Assembly (NCBI GenBank): GCA_016186625.1
Contig: JACPLG010000003.1
Coordinates: forward strand, 98,576-162,575
Origin: Candidatus Levyibacteriota bacterium
GTDB taxonomy: Bacteria; Patescibacteriota; Microgenomatia; Levybacterales; UBA12049
DNA: 64,000 nucleotides
Reading direction: 5' to 3'
Under the pieces are notes generated by a model. The model worked only from the letters and a program-made list of their open reading frames with translations, was not told the DNA's origin and did not search any database. This document shows positions 8,913 through 15,636 of the stretch, piece by piece (the first letter of the stretch is position 1; the number at the start of each line of letters is the position of its first letter). Both the position numbers and the translations under genes were made by a program.

Positions 8913-9050
8913 TGCCCCATTTATCCTTAGCCTCAAAAGGTCTCACCTTGCAAGGCTAAAACTCCATCGTCTAGTCTACGGTCTTATCTTCCATGGATTA
9001 ATTCAATGATTTAAATCATTGAAGTTTTCAGCTTCTGCTATAATTGCCCC

Positions 9051-9773
9051 ATGGACTCAGGAGATTTTCAGAGACGTTTTGAACAAGCACACAAACTCCT
9101 CACCCAGGAGACAACCAACCGAGAGAAATTTGAGGGAGTACGAACTTTGATAAAAGGTTATAATCCCAAAGTTGACAGCGCTTTAGAAAAAGTCTCCGGT
9201 GCTTTGTCTGATCTTGAAAAGCTTAAGGAAGGAGAAATAATTGAACTTAGCGCTCAACATTTACCCGAAAATTCGGAAGAAGAGAAGGAAAGAAAAAAGA
9301 AACTTTTAGCTTTTATTCGTTATTGGAAAGATTTAACTTCAGAAGTTGAAAGAGTTAGAAATGAGCTTTCTTCGCAAAACAACCAAAGCCCGTCCCAACA
9401 AGTCTCTGCTTTTGGAAAAATTGTCAAACTTGCAAAAGGACCATTTGGGGCAGTTACAATTGCTGCAGTTGCTATCGTTGCCGTACTGGGATTTATTAAT
9501 TTTCAAAAACCACCGGAAACGGTTCAGAATCAAGCGATCGATGAAAGTCCAAAACAAAAGATCCAAGTTATTGTAGTAGATGACAAAAAAATTCCTTTAA
9601 GCGAAGTTAGATCTGCAACTGGGAGTGAATGTGAAGGAAAAGCCCATTACCATGCAAGGGAGAATGGTGTTGCTGTGGCAATTGATGGAACGCAAGTCGT
9701 TGATCCAAATCCAACAAGCTGCGGCTATGGAAAAGTGGAAGAAGTTAAGATTGAAGAAATAGAACAACCCTAA
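9051..9773 (+). CDS. hypothetical bitopic membrane protein (cytoplasmic coiled-coil N-domain, one TM, extracytoplasmic C-domain)
   Basis: ATG directly follows the TGCTATAATTGCCCC motif; TM GAVTIAAVAIVAVLGFI. Confidence 0.5.
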   Translation: MDSGDFQRRFEQAHKLLTQETTNREKFEGVRTLIKGYNPKVDSALEKVSGALSDLEKLKEGEIIELSAQHLPENSEEEKERKKKLLAFIRYWKDLTSEVERVRNELSSQNNQSPSQQVSAFGKIVKLAKGPFGAVTIAAVAIVAVLGFINFQKPPETVQNQAIDESPKQKIQVIVVDDKKIPLSEVRSATGSECEGKAHYHARENGVAVAIDGTQVVDPNPTSCGYGKVEEVKIEEIEQP

Positions 9774-9793
9774 ACTTCTGCTATAATTTATGT

Positions 9794-10369
9794 ATGGCAG
9801 TAACATCTACAATGCTTCCGCTTGGCACAAAGGCACCGGATTTTAGTTTACCTGATGTTGTTTCAAATAAAACTGTAAACCTTGAAATCTTTAACGATAA
9901 AAAAGCACTTCTTGTTATGTTCATTTGTCGCCATTGTCCATATGTAAAACATGTCCAAAATGAAATAGCAAAAATCGGAAAAGATTATGAGGATAAAGAT
10001 TTGGGGATTGTCGCAATTAGTGCAAATGATGTTTCGGTTTATCCTGAAGACGGGCCGCAAAGTTTGAAAGAAATGGCAGATGAGTTAGGGTTTACTTTTC
10101 CCTATTTATATGATGAAGCACAAGAGGTTGCAAAAGCATACACTGCAGCTTGTACTCCGGATTTGTTTTTGTTCGATCATGATAGAAAATTAGTTTATAG
10201 AGGACAACTCGATGGGAGTCGGCCAGGCAATAACGAACCTGTAACTGGAAAAGATATAAGAGCGGCAATTGATGCGGTGCTTAATGATAGTGAAGTTTCA
10301 AAAGGCCAAAAACCGAGCATGGGCTGCAGCATTAAATGGAAGATCGGTAATGAACCTTCGTATTTCTAA
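9794..10369 (+). CDS. thioredoxin-fold (redoxin/TlpA-like) protein with CxxC
   Basis: KAPDFSLPD...LVMFICRHCPYV redoxin pattern; ATG 6 nt after TATAAT. Confidence 0.7.
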   Translation: MAVTSTMLPLGTKAPDFSLPDVVSNKTVNLEIFNDKKALLVMFICRHCPYVKHVQNEIAKIGKDYEDKDLGIVAISANDVSVYPEDGPQSLKEMADELGFTFPYLYDEAQEVAKAYTAACTPDLFLFDHDRKLVYRGQLDGSRPGNNEPVTGKDIRAAIDAVLNDSEVSKGQKPSMGCSIKWKIGNEPSYF

Positions 10370-10378
10370 AGAACTAAT

Positions 10379-11140
10379 TTATTTGTATTTTTTAATCAGT
10401 CCTTCAAAAGCGCGGAGCACTTCAAGAGGAGTTACGAAAACTATAGTGTTACTTTTGTCGGATGATAATTCCGAAAGAGTCTGCAGAGTACGGACGTGGA
10501 GACCTCCTGTAGTTTTGGCAAGCCTTCCAGCTGCAATAGCAATATTTTCCGCTGCTGCTTTTTCTCCTTCAGCCCGAATAACAATTGCCCGGCGCTCCCT
10601 TTCTGCTTCAGCCTGGCGTGCTATAACTCTTTTCATCTCTTCTGGCAAAATAATATCTTTTAACTCCACTGACTCTACCTTAATACCCCATGGATCTGTA
10701 GCCCTATCTATAATTGTCTGAATTTTTTTGGCAACTTGATCGCGCTTTGAGAGTAAATCGTCAAGAGAAGTTTCTCCAATTACATTTCTCATAGTTGTTT
10801 GAGCCAGCTGGGACACTGCATAAAAGAAATCCTCTACCTGCAAAACCGCCTTTTTTGCCTGATCTACGCGGTAATAAATGACAGCATTAACGCGGGCTGA
10901 AACATTATCCCGAGTGATTGCTTCCTGATCCGGAACGTCTACTGCCTTTACCCTGATGTCAATTCTTTGCCAGCCTTCTATAATAGGCCAAACAATTCTC
11001 CATCCGGGAACCATCTCGTCTCGAAATTTTCCAAAGCGGAAGCGGACTCCGCGCTCATATTGATTAACCTGTTTTATAGAGGGAATAAGAATTACCAAGA
11101 AAAAGATAATAATCCCAAGTGAAAAGACTGCAAAATCCAT
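10379..11140 (-). CDS. SPFH/band-7 (stomatin/prohibitin-like) membrane protein
   Basis: N-terminal TM plus ERGVRFRFGKF...; typical SPFH domain and coiled-coil tail. Confidence 0.85.
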   Translation of the reverse strand: MDFAVFSLGIIIFFLVILIPSIKQVNQYERGVRFRFGKFRDEMVPGWRIVWPIIEGWQRIDIRVKAVDVPDQEAITRDNVSARVNAVIYYRVDQAKKAVLQVEDFFYAVSQLAQTTMRNVIGETSLDDLLSKRDQVAKKIQTIIDRATDPWGIKVESVELKDIILPEEMKRVIARQAEAERERRAIVIRAEGEKAAAENIAIAAGRLAKTTGGLHVRTLQTLSELSSDKSNTIVFVTPLEVLRAFEGLIKKYK

Positions 11141-11229
11141 TTGGGAAGTATATTACATCAAAACATTTACATTATCAAATTAAGAAAACAGATTTTGAAA
11201 TTTCTATTCTCTGCTATAATTGCCCCGGT

Positions 11230-11667
11230 TTATTGCTTTATATACCTTTCTATTTCTTTTAGAAAATCATCCGGTGTTAGAATTTCTATTTGACGAAAGG
11301 TTTTCAATGTTAATAAATCACTATCTCCTGTTACAATAAAGCCAGATTTACCTTCAATTGCTGCTTCAAGTACTCTATTGTCGTCCTCATCTTCAAGGAT
11401 ATAAATAATTTCATCTGGATGGATAATTTTAAAATGTTTTTTTATGATTTTTTCTAACTGCTTGACTCTGATCAGCTCAAAATTAAATTTTTTGGTTAAA
11501 GTTTCTGTTAATTCAGCAAGGAGCACTGGAGAACTTATCCCAATAATTTGTTTTTCTAAAATGAGGCTATAAACTTGTTCTGGTTTTCCGCCAAATACTA
11601 GAGCGGAGATAATAACATTTGTGTCGAGGACTGCTTTAGGAGGCTTTTTTACCATGCCTAAATTCAT
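11230..11667 (-). CDS. PIN-domain toxin (VapC-like)
   Basis: VLDTNVIISAL N-terminal PIN motif; acidic residues D...E...D; overlaps upstream RHH gene. Confidence 0.75.
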   Translation of the reverse strand: MNLGMVKKPPKAVLDTNVIISALVFGGKPEQVYSLILEKQIIGISSPVLLAELTETLTKKFNFELIRVKQLEKIIKKHFKIIHPDEIIYILEDEDDNRVLEAAIEGKSGFIVTGDSDLLTLKTFRQIEILTPDDFLKEIERYIKQ

Positions 11668-11887
11668 AAACGATCTTATTTACTTCCTTTTCGCTTTTAA
11701 TCCCCATTTTTTTACCAACTTTTTTGCCATAGTCTAAAAGATCATTCCATTCCTGCCTGTCTTGCAAATAAACTCTTAAAGCCTCACGAATTAGCTCGCT
11801 TCTGTTGCGATATTCTTTTTTAGCAAGAATGTCTACTCTTTTGACTAAGTCTTTTGGAAGAGCAATGTTTAATGTTTGTGTTGCCAT
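11636..11887 (-). CDS. ribbon-helix-helix (CopG-like) antitoxin
   Basis: MATQTLNIALPKDLVKRVDILAKKEYRNRSELIREALRVYL RHH pattern; the matching minus-strand promoter is listed separately at 11896-11924. Confidence 0.65.
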   Translation of the reverse strand: MATQTLNIALPKDLVKRVDILAKKEYRNRSELIREALRVYLQDRQEWNDLLDYGKKVGKKMGIKSEKEVNKIVYEFRHGKKAS

Positions 11888-11895
11888 ATACAAAT

Positions 11896-11924
11896 ATTGT
11901 ATGTAATTGATATATCTTTGTCAA
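11896..11924 (-). promoter_or_regulatory. consensus sigma70-type promoter for the RHH-PIN operon (leaderless)
   Basis: Minus-strand TTGACA (11919-11924), 17-nt spacer, TACAAT (11896-11901), 8 nt to ATG at 11887. Confidence 0.6.
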
Positions 11925-12007
11925 CACTCAAAAACCATCATCTGCTATAATTGCCCCAAATTGCAAACAGCCCATTTTGCACTATTTAATCTCCCAGAAT
12001 AATTGTA

Positions 12008-12035
12008 TTGACAAAGTATGTACAGTTAGTATAAT
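12008..12035 (+). promoter_or_regulatory. consensus sigma70-type promoter for brnTA (leaderless)
   Basis: TTGACA (12008-12013), 16-nt spacer, TATAAT (12030-12035), 6 nt to GTG start 12042. Confidence 0.6.
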
Positions 12036-12041
12036 ATGTAA

Positions 12042-12323
12042 GTGAAATATAAGTTTGATTATTCGCTAGAGAAAGATTTAATTCTTAAAGAATCAAGAGG
12101 TGTTAGCTTTAGAGAAGTAATTCAAGCATACAGAACTGGGAAAAAGCTTGCTGACTATGAAAACAAAAGCAAAAAACACCCTAATCAAAGACTTTTAATT
12201 GTTAATATCAAAGGCTATGCATACGTTACGCCATATGTTATAGATGAAAAAAGGAAAAGAGTATTTTTAAAAACTGTATATCCAAGCAGCAAATTAACTA
12301 AGGAGTACATAAAAAAATTATGA
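12042..12323 (+). CDS. brnT: BrnT-like toxin (DUF497 ribonuclease)
   Basis: KFDYSLEKDLILKESRGVSFREVIQAY...RLLIVNIKGYAYVTPYV pattern of BrnT/DUF497; 4-nt overlap with downstream antitoxin. Confidence 0.65.
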   Translation: MKYKFDYSLEKDLILKESRGVSFREVIQAYRTGKKLADYENKSKKHPNQRLLIVNIKGYAYVTPYVIDEKRKRVFLKTVYPSSKLTKEYIKKL

Positions 12324-12628
12324 AAAAGAAAAAATTTGATCCATTTAAAAATCTTAAACTAGATAAATACGAACAGGAAATAGAAGATGCTCTTGAAAGA
12401 GAGGAATTTGTTCCTGTAGAAGACTCTTCGGAAATTAATAAAATATTGACAGAGGCTGCAAAAAATTATACCGAGCTTGAAAACAGCAAGAGTATAACTT
12501 TAAGAATTAAAAATATAGATCTAATAAAATTAAAAGCAAAAGCCGCAAGAAATAAAATTCCCTATCAGACTCTTATAAATTTACTTATAAAAGAATACAC
12601 AGAAGGCAAAACAAAAATATCATTGTAA
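12320..12628 (+). CDS. brnA: BrnA-like antitoxin
   Basis: Typical position and size after brnT; ITLRIKNIDLIKLKAKAARNKIPYQTLINLLIKEY matches the BrnA C-terminal RHH-like region. Confidence 0.6.
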   Translation: MKKKKFDPFKNLKLDKYEQEIEDALEREEFVPVEDSSEINKILTEAAKNYTELENSKSITLRIKNIDLIKLKAKAARNKIPYQTLINLLIKEYTEGKTKISL

Positions 12629-12757
12629 ATTCCTCAATTCTCATAGTTTGAAAAGGTGAGGGGTGCTTGCCCTGTTTACCCTGAACACTTGGAGGGAGCA
12701 ATGCCGAAGGGTTTACGCAGAGCGAAAGTGGGGTGCTTGCCCTGAGCAATGCCGAAG

Positions 12758-12865
12758 GACTATAATTGCCCCAATGAATAATAGAATCTTGCTTCCCACA
12801 TTCCAAGTGGGAAGGTACATTCAGACACCAAAAACCCTAAGCACAACTCTGCTATAATTGCCCCA
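12758..12865 (+). repeat. ~110-bp interspersed repeat, copy 2
   Basis: Near-identical to 6250-6357; hairpin 12792-12814; preceded by internal direct repeats GGGGTGCTTGCCCTG...GCAATGCCGAAGG x2 (12660-12758). Confidence 0.8.
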
Positions 12866-12867
12866 GA

Positions 12868-13083
12868 TCATTTTAGTCTTAAGAATTCTTCTTCGCTAGA
12901 CTCCGCTTGTTTGATTATGCCTCTTACTAGTCCTTTTTTGAGTTCTTTGGTGTGCATTGGAACAGGAATAATCTTCTTTGATTTGGGATTATACATAATA
13001 AGATGACTGCCGGTTTGTCTTTTCTTAATGTATCCGAGTTTTTGAAGAATTTTGACTATCTCTCTTGCTTTAAAACTAGCCAT
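12868..13083 (-). CDS. hicA: HicA-family mRNA interferase toxin
   Basis: REIVKILQKLGYIKKRQTGSHLIMYNPKSKKIIPVPMH is the canonical HicA (YcfA-like) pattern. Confidence 0.75.
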   Translation of the reverse strand: MASFKAREIVKILQKLGYIKKRQTGSHLIMYNPKSKKIIPVPMHTKELKKGLVRGIIKQAESSEEEFLRLK

Positions 13084-13347
13084 TTATAGAGATACTGCTG
13101 GATTTTGTACGGAAATTTGCGTGATGACAACATTTGACCCTTCTTGTGGAATTTCTTGCTTCTCTTCTTTAAGAACCTCTAAATACCCTTTCATAGCGTC
13201 TTTTATCATAGATACCGCTTCCTCAAAAGTCTCACCTTGACTTACACAGCCGGGAAGAGCTGGAACACTAACTACATAACCGCCTTCTTCAGCCGGTTCA
13301 AAAATAACAGTATATTTTAAGATTTTTTTAGAAAGAGATTTAGCCAT
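13084..13347 (-). CDS. hicB: HicB-family antitoxin
   Basis: YTVIFEPAEEGGYVVSVPALPGCVSQGETFEEAVSMIKDAMKGYLE HicB N-domain pattern; TATAAT 6 nt upstream of ATG (leaderless). Confidence 0.75.
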   Translation of the reverse strand: MAKSLSKKILKYTVIFEPAEEGGYVVSVPALPGCVSQGETFEEAVSMIKDAMKGYLEVLKEEKQEIPQEGSNVVITQISVQNPAVSL

Positions 13348-13586
13348 GCTCTAATTATATCACACCCAAACCTTATCTTCCTTGCCCCTCGAAGCTTTTT
13401 GCGAAGTGGGGTGCTATAATTGCCCCCCAAAAAAAGCCCTAATGGATAATATACTTCATTACTTTAAAGTATTGAAGTATATAATAATTTTTCCCTTTTT
13501 CCTCGTAGCATTTCTGTTTACACTGAGTAAAACCGAAGTGCTATAATTGCCCCGGGGGTTATTAATAAAAAAAATGACCCCTGAAT

Positions 13587-13898
13587 ATGTTTAATTTCTT
13601 ATCTGATTTAATCTATTTAATATTAGTTGGCTCAATATCGCTATTAACAATAATAGTTACAAAAAATAGCTTGTCAAAAAAGATATTAGCAAAAGATCCC
13701 AAGGCATTACTTATCAATAATTCCTTAATTATCTTTGGAATTATATTAATAATTATTGTATTTATTAAATATTCGTGGATTGCTGGAATTACAACAATAA
13801 CTATTGCTTTAATCATTTATATTATTATTGCTAGAATATTAGCACGTGCTCTCGAGAAAAATTTATTTGAGTCTCATAAAAAAGAAGGGCAAGAGTAA
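13587..13898 (+). CDS. small polytopic membrane protein (3 TM), unknown function, in AT-rich islet
   Basis: 103 aa, highly hydrophobic; local GC about 25%. Confidence 0.4.
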   Translation: MFNFLSDLIYLILVGSISLLTIIVTKNSLSKKILAKDPKALLINNSLIIFGIILIIIVFIKYSWIAGITTITIALIIYIIIARILARALEKNLFESHKKEGQE

Positions 13899-13978
13899 AT
13901 TCTTCAAAACATCTATAAAAACTTGACTCCGAGGCTAATGAATGGGAAAATGAGCGAGTATTATAGCTGTGGAATAAA

Positions 13979-14503
13979 ATGTTTGTTCCAAATATTAAAA
14001 CCAAAAATAAATTATTCGTACTCTCTTTTTTATCCTTGATGGCTATAATTATTTTTTTAAGTCTAAATAAAATGACAGTAAATTATAGGCTTTCGGCATT
14101 TCTAAGTTTAGCTGCAACTCTAACCTTTTTCTATACATATTTTAAAGAGGCAATATTTGATTGGCATGCTGATCCAAATAGTCAAACCATTAAAAAAATT
14201 AATGGTAAATTAGAAAAAACCTGGTTAGATAAACGAAAAGAATTGAAAGATAAAGAATCATTTATAAAAGATGCTCCTGCTGCTTGGGTGATTGAAGGAT
14301 ATATTCACGTGTTCCTAGGTTTAGCATTGGGCTGGTTTTTCTTTTGGATACTTTTAAATAGATTAAAATTTTTTGATGGAAAATTGGACCTCTCTTCATT
14401 AGGACTACCAGATCTAATTCTATTAATTGCTGGTTGGATCGGAATAAATGGTAGATTACCAACTATTGCTCACGCTGTCCAAGAATGGTTTAAGAGAAGC
14501 TAA
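13979..14503 (+). CDS. polytopic membrane protein (about 4 TM), unknown function
   Basis: 174 aa; AT-rich islet. Confidence 0.45.
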   Translation: MFVPNIKTKNKLFVLSFLSLMAIIIFLSLNKMTVNYRLSAFLSLAATLTFFYTYFKEAIFDWHADPNSQTIKKINGKLEKTWLDKRKELKDKESFIKDAPAAWVIEGYIHVFLGLALGWFFFWILLNRLKFFDGKLDLSSLGLPDLILLIAGWIGINGRLPTIAHAVQEWFKRS

Positions 14504-14571
14504 TAAATTTTAGCATTCTGATATACTTTCTTCTTGTAATCCCCGTAAAAGGATGTTATACTAGTATCAAC

Positions 14572-15351
14572 ATGCACGACATCAATCGCTTGCCACTATC
14601 TCAAATAAAACTATTGCTGCGTTTTTGGAATAATCCCAATAAAATAGGATTTGCTGAGGGAAGAGAAGAGGGAGGTAGTGTAAAGGAATTAAACAAAAAG
14701 GGTCTGATTGAACCAGCAGGGAAAATAGGGCGTAGAGTTAGATGGAGATTAGTCACTGGTAAACTCAACAGTCGAGATATTGATGTAATGATTGGCTTAA
14801 TCAAACACTCTCCAATTCCTGCCGAAGAGGAAAGCTTGATAGTTGAGCTTATAGGGGAAGCAAAAGATCTAGCGATACTAATATCAAGAAATATAGGTAC
14901 AAAAGGTTATCATTATTTTTTACAATCTTTTTTCTTGGTTCTTCGACAAATGGGCTATTTTTTTACTGAACACTCATCAACTATATTTCACTATAGCTCA
15001 GCTCTCTCTCAAGCCGAGGTAGAGATCTTGGAAAAAATCAGAGATATTCGTGATGCAATAGGACACCGAGAATCTCGAAAGAATTTTCTAACAGCTAATA
15101 TTAAACTAGTTGGAGGAATGTTTTTCAAAAATAACGATGTAGAAATTCAATATGGTAGAAATAAAATTTATTTAGTGGGTGAGATTCTTGCGATACATAA
15201 AAAAATGAGAAAGCTTTTTTCTAGCGCAGACGAACTCGCTTTTTTAAGTAGAAGCTATGGATGGCAGTATGACGAAAAAGAACTCCGAGAAGCCGAAAAA
15301 CAGTTGATAGAAAAACTCAAAAATCCAAAAGCTCTTATAAATTTAGAATAG
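14572..15351 (+). CDS. hypothetical cytoplasmic protein, possible N-terminal winged helix and R-x4-H (HEPN-like) motif
   Basis: 259 aa; motif IRDAIGHRESR; no recognisable enzyme family; assignment tentative. Confidence 0.45.
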   Translation: MHDINRLPLSQIKLLLRFWNNPNKIGFAEGREEGGSVKELNKKGLIEPAGKIGRRVRWRLVTGKLNSRDIDVMIGLIKHSPIPAEEESLIVELIGEAKDLAILISRNIGTKGYHYFLQSFFLVLRQMGYFFTEHSSTIFHYSSALSQAEVEILEKIRDIRDAIGHRESRKNFLTANIKLVGGMFFKNNDVEIQYGRNKIYLVGEILAIHKKMRKLFSSADELAFLSRSYGWQYDEKELREAEKQLIEKLKNPKALINLE

Positions 15352-15636
15352 TATTTTTTTAAAAACTAATTCTTACAAAGCTCTTGCATTATATTCCTTG
15401 ACATGTATACAGGTCGCTTTGCTCCAATTTCTAATTTCTAGTTACTAATTTCTAATCAATTCCATACAGAATTTCTATTGATAATTTTTTAAGAATGTTT
15501 AGAATATAAATATGAAGAAAAGTGCCATGACAGAGGGCTGGAATTCATCTCTTAACAAACTCGCCCGATCTTTATACTGATTTGTGCTCAATTTTAGTCT
15601 ATGCTAAGCTAAATACGGTTATTGTTTGCCTTGAGT

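Noticed and set aside
10269-10721. 150-aa plus-strand ORF
   Set aside because: It overlaps the well-supported SPFH gene on the opposite strand and has no motif.
12663-12857. 64-aa ORF in ORF track
   Set aside because: It lies entirely within repeat sequence (GGGGTGCTTGCCCTG direct repeats plus the 110-bp element). It is more likely a repeat-derived reading frame than a gene; the shorter mini-ORF inside the element is discussed as a finding instead.
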